Assembly: GCA_964387845.1 (NCBI GenBank)
Contig: CAYLXA010000006.1
Location: forward strand, 128,001-192,000
DNA: 64,000 nt
From: an uncultured bacterium
Lineage (GTDB): Bacteria; Omnitrophota; Omnitrophia; Omnitrophales; Abzuiibacteriaceae
Direction: 5' to 3'
Under the pieces are notes generated by a model that was not told where the DNA came from, searched no databases, and saw only the letters and a program-made list of their open reading frames with translations. Shown one piece after another: positions 29,879 through 40,403 of this stretch. Position numbers and translations under genes: made by a program. The first letter of the stretch is position 1; each line of letters opens with the position of its first letter.

Positions 29879-30631
29879 ATGATGACTCTACGCGTAATTT
29901 CAAGCCCAAGCCTTGATTGTTTCTCTCAAATGGCAATCGACGAGGCGCTTTTTTTGATTGCCCAAGATTCCGAGTCAGCCCAACCGATCATTCGTTTCTA
30001 TCAGTTTTCAAATCCATGCTGCACAATCGGATTCTCGCAAAGACGCCTGCCGCTTTTAGAATCCATCGAAAACCAAAATCTGCCATGGGTGAGGCGCCCG
30101 ACGGGCGGCGGCGTGGTTTGGCATACGAACGACATCATTTTTTCGATGGTCCTTCCGGAATCGATTCATCCGGATTTTCATTGCGCTCCGGAAACTTACC
30201 GGCTCATCCACGAAGCCGTTGTTTCGGCCCTCACAGCATTTTCAATCAATCCAGAGTATTTTTCAGAAAATGAAAAGCAAAAAACGCCCGATGAGTTGAT
30301 TTGCTTTGATCATCCGGTGAAGAACGATGTTTTGCTGAATGGCGATAAAATTGCGGGCGGTGCCGAGCGCCGGTCAAATCACTACGTGCTGCATCAAGAA
30401 TCGCTTCAGTTGCACGGAATCGCTGTTCAGGATTTCAAAACGCAATTAATCCGGGAATTTGAGATAAAATTCGGATGGATGAGTGAAGCTTCAGAAATCA
30501 CGGATTCTGAAATCGCGCTGTCTGAAAAGTTAAAACGTTTCAAATATCAAACATCAGAATGGAATTGGAAAGGGAAAACCGGTTTTCAAAAGGATCATGA
30601 GCAAAAGACTTTCGCCGCCGCAGCTGACTAA
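29879..30631 (+). CDS. lplA: lipoate--protein ligase (short LplA-like BPL/LPL catalytic domain)
   Basis: RRPTGGGVVWHTND and KIAGGAERRSNHYVLHQESL resemble the LplA catalytic core. Sits immediately downstream of the lipoyl-dependent gcv operon. Confidence 0.65.
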   Translation: MMTLRVISSPSLDCFSQMAIDEALFLIAQDSESAQPIIRFYQFSNPCCTIGFSQRRLPLLESIENQNLPWVRRPTGGGVVWHTNDIIFSMVLPESIHPDFHCAPETYRLIHEAVVSALTAFSINPEYFSENEKQKTPDELICFDHPVKNDVLLNGDKIAGGAERRSNHYVLHQESLQLHGIAVQDFKTQLIREFEIKFGWMSEASEITDSEIALSEKLKRFKYQTSEWNWKGKTGFQKDHEQKTFAAAAD

Positions 30632-30641
30632 CAAGCTTGAT

Positions 30642-31022
30642 ATGATCGAAAATAACGAAATTATCCAGAAGCTTAAAAAATTAAGCGATTTGTATCCCGA
30701 ATACAAAATCGAAGGCTACAGTTTTCTCTTAACCGCGCTCAATTTCACTGTGTCAAAACTCTCGAAGCCTCGGCATGTCTCGGGGCAGGAATTATTAGAA
30801 GGAATCCGCTTGTTTGCGCTGGATCAGTTCGGCCCTCTCGCGAAAACGGTGCTGAATCATTGGGGTATTTATAAAACCATCGATTTCGGCAATATGGTTT
30901 TTGCTTTAATCGAAGTTGATTTAATGCGCAAAAATGACGATGACTCTATTGAGGACTTCCGGGACGGATTTGAGTTTGAAACCGCATTTCAAGCGAAGTT
31001 AAGCTTTAGCGATGATTCATGA
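30642..31022 (+). CDS. hypothetical conserved protein of unknown function
   Basis: About 126 aa with no motif I can assign. Start taken at the first Met after the lplA stop. The track ORF begins at 30597. Its stop overlaps the uvrD start (ATGA). Confidence 0.4.
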   Translation: MIENNEIIQKLKKLSDLYPEYKIEGYSFLLTALNFTVSKLSKPRHVSGQELLEGIRLFALDQFGPLAKTVLNHWGIYKTIDFGNMVFALIEVDLMRKNDDDSIEDFRDGFEFETAFQAKLSFSDDS

Positions 31023-33106
31023 TATCAGCCGATGAGCTTCTAAAAGACCTAAACGATGTGCAGCGCGACGCGGTCGCGGCAGACCCTTCACAGCCGCTTT
31101 TGATTGTAGCGGGCGCCGGAAGCGGCAAGACACGGATTTTAACCCGCCGAATCGCATATTTCATCGCTAACAACATCCCTTCATTTCATATTCTCGGCAT
31201 TACATTTACCAACAAGGCCGCCGAAGAAATGCGCAAGCGTGTCGGCCAAATGGTTCATCATCAGGTCTGGATTTCCACGTTTCATTCAACGTGTTTGCAA
31301 ATTCTTCGAATGGACGGCGAGAAAATCGGACTCAAAAAAAGTTTCGCAATTTATGATGATACGGATCAGATTATTTTGATTAAGGAGTGCATGAAAGATT
31401 TGGGAATCAGCGACAAGCATATCAATCCCAAAGGTGCACGCGAAATGATTCAGCGCGCCAAAGACCAGCTCAGAACGCCGGAAGAAGTTGCGGAAGGTGC
31501 GCAGGATTATTTTGAAGAAACGGTCGCTAAGATTTATTCGCTTTATCAAGAAAAGCTTTCGGGCCTCAATGGCTGCGACTTTGGCGATTTGATTATGAAA
31601 ACCGTTCAGCTTTTCAACGCCCATCCGGGCGTTCTTGCGAGCTGGCAGGACCGGTTTCGTTATATTTTAATCGACGAGTATCAAGATACGAATCACGCGC
31701 AATATTCATTTGTGAATCAGTTGGCGGATAAATACAAGCAAATCACAGTAGTAGGCGATCCGGACCAATCGATTTACGCCTGGCGCGGCGCCAACATTGA
31801 GAACATTCTCCATTTTGAAGAAGATTATCCGAAGTGCTCGATATTGAAACTCGAGCAGAACTACAGGTCTACTCAAAACATTTTGGACGCGGCCAATAAC
31901 TTGATTCAAAAAAACGCCAGCCGAAAGCCCAAAAATTTGTGGACCGAGAATGATGAAGGCGAAAAGATTTCGCTTTATGAGGCGACGGATGAGTTGGATG
32001 AGGCACGTCATATCGTAGACCAAATCCGCGATCACCAAAGGCAGGGCAAGCGGCTTTCCGATATGGTCATTTTCTACCGGGTTCATGCTCAGTCGCGCGT
32101 GATTGAAGACGCTTTGAGAAGACAGAAGTTGATGTACAAAATCATCGGCGGTATCCGGTTTTATGACCGCCGCGAAATAAAAGATTTAATCGCGTATTTG
32201 CGCGTGATCGCGTTTCCGGACGATGCGGTGGGCCTTAAGCGCATCATGAATGTCCCGAGCCGCGGAATTGGGAAAAAGGCGCTTGCAGAAATTGAGAATT
32301 TTCAAATCATCCAGAATATTTCATTATTTCAAACTCTGGAACGAATTCGCGAAATTGAAGCAATCGGCAACAAAACCGGTCTCCAGATTAAAAAGTTTTG
32401 CGGCCTTATCAGTGAAATGCGAGGGAAGAAGCATGAGCTCTTAATCAGCGAAGTTTTGCAGCGCGTGTTGGATGAAACGGGCTACCTGAAAGAGCTCGAA
32501 GAAGAGCGGACGATCGAGTCTAAGCAGCGCCTCGAAAATATCCAGGAGTTCTTCTCAGCAGTTCGGGAATTTGAAGAAACCTGGGAGCCCAATCTTGATC
32601 AGTTGCCAAAGCCGGACAAAGAAGTTTCGCGCGAAGGTTTGCTGGACGCATTTTTAGAAAGTATTGCGCTCCGCTCAGATGCGGACGATGTCGAGACGGA
32701 AGTGGAATGGCTGACGCTGATGACGATCCACTGCGCCAAAGGGCTTGAATTTCCAGTGGTATTTATGGTCGGTATGGAAGAGGAGATTTTCCCGCACGTC
32801 AATTCTTTCGGCGAAGATGTGCGCGAACTCGAAGAAGAACGCCGGCTTTGTTATGTCGGCATGACACGCGCGAAAGAAAAGCTCTATATGACTTTTGCCA
32901 ATAGCCGCAGGCTTTACGGTTTTCGCGAGCACAATTTGCCTTCCAGGTTTCTGAATGAAATTCCGTCCGAACTTTGCGATATGCCGGATCGTTTCAGCGA
33001 ACGTGTTGAGCTCGATCAGGTTACGGAAGATGATTTGGAAGGGGATGTCGATTTCGATATCGATTCCGATGATGATAACACCAAACGCCGGATTTTGTTT
33101 GGATGA
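31019..33106 (+). CDS. uvrD: ATP-dependent DNA helicase UvrD/PcrA (SF1)
   Basis: Helicase motifs I (AGAGSGKTRIL), II (ILIDEYQDTN), Q-motif region, and an acidic C-terminal tail. Confidence 0.9.
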   Translation: MISADELLKDLNDVQRDAVAADPSQPLLIVAGAGSGKTRILTRRIAYFIANNIPSFHILGITFTNKAAEEMRKRVGQMVHHQVWISTFHSTCLQILRMDGEKIGLKKSFAIYDDTDQIILIKECMKDLGISDKHINPKGAREMIQRAKDQLRTPEEVAEGAQDYFEETVAKIYSLYQEKLSGLNGCDFGDLIMKTVQLFNAHPGVLASWQDRFRYILIDEYQDTNHAQYSFVNQLADKYKQITVVGDPDQSIYAWRGANIENILHFEEDYPKCSILKLEQNYRSTQNILDAANNLIQKNASRKPKNLWTENDEGEKISLYEATDELDEARHIVDQIRDHQRQGKRLSDMVIFYRVHAQSRVIEDALRRQKLMYKIIGGIRFYDRREIKDLIAYLRVIAFPDDAVGLKRIMNVPSRGIGKKALAEIENFQIIQNISLFQTLERIREIEAIGNKTGLQIKKFCGLISEMRGKKHELLISEVLQRVLDETGYLKELEEERTIESKQRLENIQEFFSAVREFEETWEPNLDQLPKPDKEVSREGLLDAFLESIALRSDADDVETEVEWLTLMTIHCAKGLEFPVVFMVGMEEEIFPHVNSFGEDVRELEEERRLCYVGMTRAKEKLYMTFANSRRLYGFREHNLPSRFLNEIPSELCDMPDRFSERVELDQVTEDDLEGDVDFDIDSDDDNTKRRILFG

Positions 33107-34206
33107 GCACCACAGATCTTAAGCGCGCGAAGGAATATCAAAAGACGCGCAATTGGCTGACACTGTGGAATTTGGTGCTGACCATCACACTCCTGTCTTT
33201 GATGATTGCCTTGCGGATTCACGAAGCATTTTTCAGTCGGACCTCCGGTTTTCAAAACATTTATGCACAATTGGTTTTATTTTTTCTGCTTTTCTCGATA
33301 TATTTCCTAATTTTCCAACTACCGCTCGGCTTTTATTCCAGCTACGTTTTAGAGCATCAATATCAATTGTCCAACCACACTTTAAAATCCTGGATTTTGG
33401 ATGAGATTAAAAAGGAAGTCTTGTCGTTTGTGTTTTCAGCAGCTCTGGTTGCCGGGCTTTTTGCGATTATTTGGAATTCTCCGGAATTTTGGTGGCTGTG
33501 GGCTTGGGCAGCCTATTTGGTTGTCAGTATTGTAATGGGCAAGCTCTTTCCGGTTTTTATTATCCCGCTTTTTTATAAATACAGCCCGCTTCAGGATACT
33601 GCGTTAAAAACCCGACTGATTCAGTTATCCGACCGATTTGGCATTAAAATAGAGAATATTTCGTCGCTTAATTTGAGTAAAAATACCAAAAAAGCGAATG
33701 CAGCTTTCACGGGTATGGGTAAGACAAAACGCATTATTTTAGGAGATACGTTATTGAATCATTTCACGCATGATGAGATTGAAACTGTGGTGGCTCACGA
33801 AATCGGCCACTACAAACACTTGGACATCTGGAAACAGCTCATTTTTGGGGCTATATTTTCATTGGTGACGTTTTGGATCGGATTTCAGTTAATCAGTTTT
33901 TGGATGCCGGAATTCGGCCATCAAGGCGCAAGGGATTTGCTCGGAATGCCGATGTTATTTTTAATCTTTTATTTGTGCGGTCTCGCAATCGGCCCTGCGT
34001 CTAATGCGTATTCGCGTCATGCTGAGCGTAGAGCCGATCAATTTGCGCTGGAAAATACAAGGAATAAACAGGCCTTCATTTCGGCCATGGAAAAACTGAG
34101 TGAAACCAATTTGGCGGATCCTGATCCGCATCCGATTATCGAATTTTTACTCTATGATCATCCGGCCATTCAAAAACGAATCGATTTTGCAAAACAGTAT
34201 GCCTAA
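33103..34206 (+). CDS. M48-family zinc metalloprotease (Ste24/HtpX-like)
   Basis: N-terminal multi-TM region and the HExxH motif VAHEIGHYKH. ATGA overlap with uvrD. Confidence 0.8.
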   Translation: MSTTDLKRAKEYQKTRNWLTLWNLVLTITLLSLMIALRIHEAFFSRTSGFQNIYAQLVLFFLLFSIYFLIFQLPLGFYSSYVLEHQYQLSNHTLKSWILDEIKKEVLSFVFSAALVAGLFAIIWNSPEFWWLWAWAAYLVVSIVMGKLFPVFIIPLFYKYSPLQDTALKTRLIQLSDRFGIKIENISSLNLSKNTKKANAAFTGMGKTKRIILGDTLLNHFTHDEIETVVAHEIGHYKHLDIWKQLIFGAIFSLVTFWIGFQLISFWMPEFGHQGARDLLGMPMLFLIFYLCGLAIGPASNAYSRHAERRADQFALENTRNKQAFISAMEKLSETNLADPDPHPIIEFLLYDHPAIQKRIDFAKQYA

Positions 34207-35611
34207 GCGTTTTGCCGGTATAGCGGGCAAGGCAGTGCCGTACTTAATTGTTCTGAGCACCGTTCTTTTCCCAGCATCAGGTATCGGTGAAGACCCGGCA
34301 CCCTCCAAAGCGGTAACCGAATTTTCTATTTTCCAGAAAGCGAATGAGCATGTCCAGAACAAAGAATATCAAAAAGCCATCCCTCTGCTTGAAGAATTGC
34401 TGAAAGCCCACCCCAAAGACAATACCATTAAATCGTTTCTTGCCCGTGTTTACATTGCAAACGGCAATCAACTTCAAAGCGAAGGAAAATTAGATCAATC
34501 GCTCGACATGATCGTGAAATCAAAAAAAATAATTGAAGAAGTGAGCGCCGACAAAGCCGCCAAAGCGATACGCGGCGAAGGCCAGAGCGACGAAGAAAGG
34601 GCGTTGTCGAATTTGCGGCAGTATTTTGTTGGGGAAAGCGGTTCGGGCGAAGCAGCTATCACCGATAGCAAGGCGCAGGTTTTGTTGGAGAAAGCAGCGC
34701 AAAGCTACAAAGAGAAGCAATACAAATTAGCGAAAGATTTAATCAAGCAGGCCCTTCAACTCCAGCCCAAAAATGCCCTGGCTTACGAATTGCTGGGTGA
34801 TTGCGAATATTTTTCTCATAACATGACGGCAGCCAAAGGCGCATACGAACAATCTTTTTTAAACGATGCTAACGGTCGCGTTAAAGGCAAGCTTGAAAAA
34901 ATTGAAAAAGAACTTCAACTTGAGTCGCAATTTGCAGAGTACGCGGATGAGCATTTTCTGATCCGCTACAAACGCTCCGAACGGTTTGAGGGCTCCGAGA
35001 TCCGTGAATATTTGCGGGATGCTTATCGCGAAGTTTCTCGCGATTTCGGGCATTATTTGGATTATAAAACAGTGGTGATTTTGTACAGCAAAGGTGAGTA
35101 TGAAACAATCGCGAACATGCCGCACTGGTCCGGCGCACTTTATGACGGCAAAATCCGAATTCCCATCCATGATCCGAAAGTTGATTCGCGAAACCTCAGG
35201 AAATATATCCAGCACGAACTGACGCATGTTTTCATCATTGATTTAAGCGACAATCAATGTCCGACATGGCTGCATGAAGGAGTTGCGCAGTATGAAGAAA
35301 ATAAAATTATTCCGATTGATATGTCTCTGCTGAAAAAAGCGGCCAAAAATGACAGTTTGCTGCCCTGGGAAGATCTGAATCAGGGCATTACGCAGGCAAA
35401 AGATCAGGCTAGCGCCATTTTGTTTTATCATCAGTCATTCAGCATGGCTAAGTACATGATCGAAAAGTACAGGTTTGTGAAAGTCAAAGCGCTATTGAAG
35501 GAAATGGCTCAAGAAACGCCGATTGATGAAGCATTTAAGAAATCCTTAGGAGTAGACCGGGACGGTTTTTATGCCCGCTGGAAGAAGGCCGCCATGGCCG
35601 AACTCGTTTAA
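34199..35611 (+). CDS. TPR-repeat protein with C-terminal HExxH zinc-peptidase-like domain
   Basis: Signal peptide, TPR-like helices (YQKAIPLLEELLKAHP, YKLAKDLIKQALQLQP). C-terminal HELTHVFI ... HEGVAQYEE. Start set at MPKRFAG, which overlaps the M48 stop. The track ORF starts at 34100. Confidence 0.55.
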   Translation: MPKRFAGIAGKAVPYLIVLSTVLFPASGIGEDPAPSKAVTEFSIFQKANEHVQNKEYQKAIPLLEELLKAHPKDNTIKSFLARVYIANGNQLQSEGKLDQSLDMIVKSKKIIEEVSADKAAKAIRGEGQSDEERALSNLRQYFVGESGSGEAAITDSKAQVLLEKAAQSYKEKQYKLAKDLIKQALQLQPKNALAYELLGDCEYFSHNMTAAKGAYEQSFLNDANGRVKGKLEKIEKELQLESQFAEYADEHFLIRYKRSERFEGSEIREYLRDAYREVSRDFGHYLDYKTVVILYSKGEYETIANMPHWSGALYDGKIRIPIHDPKVDSRNLRKYIQHELTHVFIIDLSDNQCPTWLHEGVAQYEENKIIPIDMSLLKKAAKNDSLLPWEDLNQGITQAKDQASAILFYHQSFSMAKYMIEKYRFVKVKALLKEMAQETPIDEAFKKSLGVDRDGFYARWKKAAMAELV

Positions 35612-35648
35612 TCGGGCGCCGCGCCAGATAAAATAGCTTATCCGCGAA

Positions 35649-35677
35649 TTGACTTCGCACGTTCCTTTCTGTAAAAT
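35649..35677 (+). promoter_or_regulatory. putative sigma70-type promoter upstream of the batD-like gene
   Basis: TTGACT, a 17-nt spacer, then TAAAAT, in the 123-nt gap that precedes the long translationally coupled batD...lepB array. Confidence 0.4.
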
Positions 35678-35734
35678 TAGCTACTCTCGTTTCGGCAATT
35701 CAAATCTTTGTAAGTTAAGGTATTTGGAGTACTT

Positions 35735-37669
35735 GTGAAAAAATTCAGCGTCGTCGCGCTAATCGCTTTCTTTGTTCTCTTGGCGGGAATCAATCCGGCA
35801 CTTTTAAATGCTGATCAGGTTACGGTGGCAGCCACTGTCGATAAGAAGACGGTTTCTCAAGATGAAGAGGTTAGTCTCAATATCAAAATCTCCGGTGTTA
35901 GCGGCAATATTCCGGCACCACGTTTACCGAGTTTTCAAGCGTTTGATTCGTTTTATTCAGGCCGGGCTTCTCATTTTACGTTCATCAATGGCAAAAGCGA
36001 ATCATTGGTGTCTTTTAATTATGTCTTAGTCCCTAAATCAACCGGCGCTTTTCAAATTCAGCCAATTGAAGTTGTTGTGGACGGGAAGATATACAAAACA
36101 GAGCCGATTCAAATCGAAGTTCTAACTCATTCAGCCGCGCCGCCAATGCAGGCTCCGCCGGTAGCGCCAATTGCTAATCCTTCGCCCGCTCAGCATCAGC
36201 AGCCCGTTTCTTACTCTGCATCGCCTGCAACGCCTGCTTATCCGTCTGCCCCCGCCGTTTCTTCGGGCGGTGATGAAAATATATTTTTGCGTGTTGTACC
36301 GAGCAAATATGAGGTTTATACCAATGAGCAATTGCTTTTAGTTTATTCGCTGTTGACCCGGTACGATACTCGGTATGAGGGTTTTGAAGAGGAGCCGGAG
36401 ACGAGCGGTTTCTGGATCGAAGATTTTCCGATGGACAAAGACATTGGTAAACAGACCGAAACGGTAAACGGACGTAAATATGTCCGGGCCGACATCAAGA
36501 AGTCAGCGCTTTTTCCGACAGCACCCGGCGAATATGTGATTAAACCCGGCACGATCAAAGCCAGTGTTCAAATTCAGCAGCGGTCAAACAGTTTTCTGGA
36601 CGAATTTTTCAACGACAGTTTCTTCAGCGGTTCCGGCGTGTTTGCCCGCCGGGTGGATAAATTATTGACCGTACCGCCGATCAAAATCACAGTAAAACCG
36701 ATCCCGGAGGCCGGCAAGCCCAAAAGTTTTAACGGTGCGGTTGGTGATTTTCGAATCGCTTCATCAGTCGATAAGCGGGTCATCAATCAAAACGAGCCCG
36801 TAACACTCCGGCTCGTGATCGAAGGGCAGGGTAACATTGAAACGCTTGCACGTCCGCCGATTCCGGAAATGCAGGATGTTAAAATCTATGATTCCGACAC
36901 CAAGAGCGAGTTTTTTAAAGCGCAGGATTTAATTGCCGGCAAAAAAACGTTCGAAATTATTTTCATCCCGCGCTTGGCCGGTTCTTTGGCAATTCCGGCG
37001 GTCGAGTTTAGTTTTTTCAATCCGCGCACGGGCGGCTATCAAACTTTAACGACCGAGCGTTATGAAATCACGGTCAATCAATCGTTTGCTCCGGTTCCCG
37101 AAACGCCCAGAGAATTGCTGGATGTCACTGAAAAAAATAAACAAGAGATCAAAACCGAGGGCCGCGAGATTCGCTATATCCACGAGCGGCTCGCACCATC
37201 CCGGACTTGGCTGAACTCGTATTTAACCGCAGTCGGCGGCTTAGGCGGTCTTTTCACATTAGCGGGCCTGATTTTAATCGGGATGCGGCGCAATGAAGCA
37301 TTTTTGGATTCCAACACCGGGCTTAAGCGCAGCCGGTATGCGCTTCGGAATGCGGCGCAGCAATTAAAAAAGCTCAAAAATTTGATGTCGAAACAAGGCG
37401 GTAAAAGCCAGCAGCGTTTTTTTGACGATGCCGAGCGGTTGATGAATCAGTATTTAGCTGACAAACTGAATTTGTCGCCGCAGGCACTTACGCAAAACCT
37501 GATAGCCGAAAAATTAAGCGAGCGTGGCATTTCGGAAGAAATTATTCAAAAGATCCGCCGCTTCTATGATGATTGCGGCATGATCCGCTTTGCGCCGCCA
37601 GGCAGTTTTTCGGCAAGGTCGCATGAAATTCTAGGGGCAATCGAATCCATTTTGAGAGAAAAGATATGA
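35735..37669 (+). CDS. batD: BatD-like protein (Bacteroides aerotolerance operon family)
   Basis: 644 aa with a signal peptide, a long periplasmic region, and a single TM near the C-terminus (LTAVGGLGGLFTLAGLILIGM) followed by a cytoplasmic tail. GTG start. A BatE-like TPR/SH3 protein follows. Confidence 0.55.
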   Translation: MKKFSVVALIAFFVLLAGINPALLNADQVTVAATVDKKTVSQDEEVSLNIKISGVSGNIPAPRLPSFQAFDSFYSGRASHFTFINGKSESLVSFNYVLVPKSTGAFQIQPIEVVVDGKIYKTEPIQIEVLTHSAAPPMQAPPVAPIANPSPAQHQQPVSYSASPATPAYPSAPAVSSGGDENIFLRVVPSKYEVYTNEQLLLVYSLLTRYDTRYEGFEEEPETSGFWIEDFPMDKDIGKQTETVNGRKYVRADIKKSALFPTAPGEYVIKPGTIKASVQIQQRSNSFLDEFFNDSFFSGSGVFARRVDKLLTVPPIKITVKPIPEAGKPKSFNGAVGDFRIASSVDKRVINQNEPVTLRLVIEGQGNIETLARPPIPEMQDVKIYDSDTKSEFFKAQDLIAGKKTFEIIFIPRLAGSLAIPAVEFSFFNPRTGGYQTLTTERYEITVNQSFAPVPETPRELLDVTEKNKQEIKTEGREIRYIHERLAPSRTWLNSYLTAVGGLGGLFTLAGLILIGMRRNEAFLDSNTGLKRSRYALRNAAQQLKKLKNLMSKQGGKSQQRFFDDAERLMNQYLADKLNLSPQALTQNLIAEKLSERGISEEIIQKIRRFYDDCGMIRFAPPGSFSARSHEILGAIESILREKI

Positions 37670-38418
37670 AAAAAATCTTCATATGCCTTGTATTTTTTAT
37701 GTTACTGGCAGCGGAACGGTCTGCGGCTGAGGTCCACAATTTTGAGCAGTCGTTTGCTCAGGCCAACACAGCTTATCGCGATGGAAATTACAAAGAAGCT
37801 TTATCGGTTTATCAAAATTTAGCGAAGCAGATGCAAGAAGCGGATATTTTTTACAATTTGGGGAACGCGGCGTTCAAAACCAAAGAGCTCGGCCTCGCAA
37901 TCACGAGTTACGAGCGTGCCCGCCGTCTGGATCCGCGAAATCCCGATATTTTAGAAAACCTGAAGCTTGCCAAAAGCCTTGTGGAATACCGCGTGGAAGA
38001 CAAGCGCAGCTGGTATCATCAGAAAACCGTCGAGCTTCTGGAATCTGTCCGGTTTGAGGAACTGTTGGCAGTTTCGCTTTCGGTTTATTTGATTCTAGCC
38101 GTTTTGGTTTTGGTCAGAATTGCATGGAGACAGCAGCCGGTTTTAACGGATTTTTCAGTTTTGATACTTTGGGTATTTTTGATTGTTTCGATTCCGACTG
38201 CTGCCAAATTTTACAAAATGAAATTTCAACAAAAAGCAATTGTGACCAGCGCGCAAGTCAACGCGCGTTTCGCGCCGTCTGACCGGGACAAGGTGGCTTT
38301 TCGCCTGACGGAAGGCATTTCGGCGGATGTGGAGGATCAGGTGGGTGATTGGTACCGCATTGCGCTTGTGAGCGGCGACACCGGCTGGGTTCAGGGAAGT
38401 GAAATTGCAATCATATGA
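37666..38418 (+). CDS. BatE-like TPR + SH3b-domain protein
   Basis: Signal peptide, TPR repeats ([16 protein letters not shown]...), a TM helix, and a C-terminal SH3b-like segment ([22 protein letters not shown]). ATGA overlap on both sides. Confidence 0.55.
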   Translation: MKKIFICLVFFMLLAAERSAAEVHNFEQSFAQANTAYRDGNYKEALSVYQNLAKQMQEADIFYNLGNAAFKTKELGLAITSYERARRLDPRNPDILENLKLAKSLVEYRVEDKRSWYHQKTVELLESVRFEELLAVSLSVYLILAVLVLVRIAWRQQPVLTDFSVLILWVFLIVSIPTAAKFYKMKFQQKAIVTSAQVNARFAPSDRDKVAFRLTEGISADVEDQVGDWYRIALVSGDTGWVQGSEIAII

Positions 38419-39605
38419 AAAAGATAAAAAAATTACCAGATTCCAAAGGCTATTTTGATCAATTTGGCGGCCGGTTTGTGCCCGAGACGCTGGTAGCAGC
38501 GCTTGATCAATTAACATCAGCTTACGGCTGGATTAAGCAAGATGCGAAATTTCAGCGCGAGCTCAAAACATTGCTCCATGATTATGCGGGGAGGCCCACC
38601 GCACTTTATTTTGCGAAGAACCTCACGGAATTTGCACGCGGCGCCAAAATTTTCCTGAAACGGGAAGACCTTTGCCATACAGGTGCGCATAAAATCAATA
38701 ATACGATTGCACAAGGTTTGCTCACGACTAAATTGGGCAAAAAACGGATCGTGGCGGAAACCGGTGCGGGGCAGCACGGTGTCGCTTCGGCGACTGCGGC
38801 ACGTATTTTTGGGCTCGAGTGCGATGTTTATATGGGCGAGGAAGATATCGAGCGTCAGGCCTTGAACGTTTACAAAATGAATTTGTTGGGTGCGCGCGTC
38901 ATTCCGGTGTCGTCGGGCTCCAAAACGCTCAAAGATGCGACGAACGAAGCGATCCGCGATTGGGTCGCAAATGTCGACACCACACATTATTTGTTGGGCT
39001 CTGCAGTCGGCCCGCACCCCTATCCGATGATGGTACGCGATTTTCAATCGGTGATCGGAAAAGAAACCTTACAGCAAACCCGTCAGAAAATTGGGCGCTT
39101 GCCGGATGCGTTGGTGGCCTGCGTTGGCGGCGGCAGCAACTCGATCGGATTTTTTTATCCCTTTCTCAAGACCAAAGTCAAAATGGTTGGTGTCGAAGCG
39201 GCGGGAAAAGGCGTTGGAACGCCTCATCATGCTGCCTCGCTGGGAAAAGGTTCGGTTGGCGTGCTTCACGGCATGAAAAGTTATTTGCTTCAAAATCAAG
39301 ACGGGCAAGTTCAGCTCGCGCATTCAATTTCAGCAGGCCTCGATTATCCGTCGGTCGGCCCCGAGCATGCTTATCTAAAAACAACCAAACGTGTTTCATA
39401 CGAATCCATTACCGACAAAGAAGCGGTGCGGGCATTTCACACGCTGACCCGGCTTGAGGGCATTATGCCGGCGCTGGAATCGGCACATGCCGTGGCGCAT
39501 GCTTTAAAGCTTGCGAAAAAACTCGGAAAAAATAAATCAATCGTCATTTGTCTTTCAGGCCGCGGCGATAAAGACATTCACACCATTCAGAATTCCAAAC
39601 TTTGA
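38415..39605 (+). CDS. trpB: tryptophan synthase beta chain
   Basis: PLP-lysine motif [16 protein letters not shown] and GGGSNSIG. Confidence 0.9.
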   Translation: MKKIKKLPDSKGYFDQFGGRFVPETLVAALDQLTSAYGWIKQDAKFQRELKTLLHDYAGRPTALYFAKNLTEFARGAKIFLKREDLCHTGAHKINNTIAQGLLTTKLGKKRIVAETGAGQHGVASATAARIFGLECDVYMGEEDIERQALNVYKMNLLGARVIPVSSGSKTLKDATNEAIRDWVANVDTTHYLLGSAVGPHPYPMMVRDFQSVIGKETLQQTRQKIGRLPDALVACVGGGSNSIGFFYPFLKTKVKMVGVEAAGKGVGTPHHAASLGKGSVGVLHGMKSYLLQNQDGQVQLAHSISAGLDYPSVGPEHAYLKTTKRVSYESITDKEAVRAFHTLTRLEGIMPALESAHAVAHALKLAKKLGKNKSIVICLSGRGDKDIHTIQNSKL

Positions 39606-39611
39606 GATCTA

Positions 39612-40403
39612 ATGAACCGCCTTGAACAGTATTTAAAATCAGCGCGCAGCAGAAAAGAAAAAATTGTCTGTGCATTCTTGACGCTCGGATTTCCGTCAAT
39701 TGCTGCTACCGAGAAATTAATTCAGGAGTTCGAAAAATCCGGCGTCGGAATTTTGGAGCTCGGGTTTCCGTACTCAGATCCGCTCGCGGACGGCCCGACC
39801 ATCCAATATGCATCCGATCAGGCGCTCAAACGTGCCCATATTCAGCTTCAAGACGCTTTCCGGTTGGTTGCGCGCTTGCGCAAAAAGGGCGCACGAATTC
39901 CGATTGTTTTTTTCTCGTACGTAAACCCGATTCTTAATTTCGGTTTTACAAAATTTGCCGCCAAAATCAAGCAATCCGGTTTCGACGGCCTGATTGTTCC
40001 GGATTTACAGCCGGATGAAGCGCATGCCATGGAAAAAATATGCCGCAGGAAGAAAGTGTCGCTCGTCCATTTGATTGCACCGACGACCGAATCAAAGCGA
40101 ATGAAACAAATCGCCGCCCGTTCGCAGAGTTTTATTTATTATGTGTCGCTTCGCGGCGTAACCGGTGCGCGGCAAAAATTAGCGAAAGATTTAAAAACCA
40201 ATATCGCCAAAATCAAGCGTGCGACCAAGAAGCCGGTGTTGGTCGGTTTCGGCGTTTCATCGCCGGCTCACGTGAGGCAGATTTGCAAATTCGCCGATGG
40301 TGTTATCGTCGGCAGTGCGATCATTGATTCGATCCGGAAAAGCGGCGGTAATTTAACAAAAACCGTCAGGTTTGCAAATGCGCTGGTCCGGGCTGCGCGA
40401 TGA
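39612..40403 (+). CDS. trpA: tryptophan synthase alpha chain
   Basis: TrpA motifs (ELGFPYSDPLADGPTIQ, GFGVSSP). Confidence 0.9.
   Translation: MNRLEQYLKSARSRKEKIVCAFLTLGFPSIAATEKLIQEFEKSGVGILELGFPYSDPLADGPTIQYASDQALKRAHIQLQDAFRLVARLRKKGARIPIVFFSYVNPILNFGFTKFAAKIKQSGFDGLIVPDLQPDEAHAMEKICRRKKVSLVHLIAPTTESKRMKQIAARSQSFIYYVSLRGVTGARQKLAKDLKTNIAKIKRATKKPVLVGFGVSSPAHVRQICKFADGVIVGSAIIDSIRKSGGNLTKTVRFANALVRAAR

Noticed and set aside
38517-39047. 176-aa minus-strand ORF antisense to trpB
   Set aside because: It is antisense to a strongly conserved gene with no RBS or motif. Similar nested minus-strand ORFs lie inside ftsK (978-1475) and the M16 peptidase (40776-41402). All are judged spurious.
38819-39457. 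212-aa + strand ORF in an alternative frame inside trpB (Arg/Gly/Ser-rich)
   Set aside because: It lies entirely within the well-conserved trpB reading frame. Its composition is typical of off-frame translation of GC-rich coding DNA, and it has no motif.
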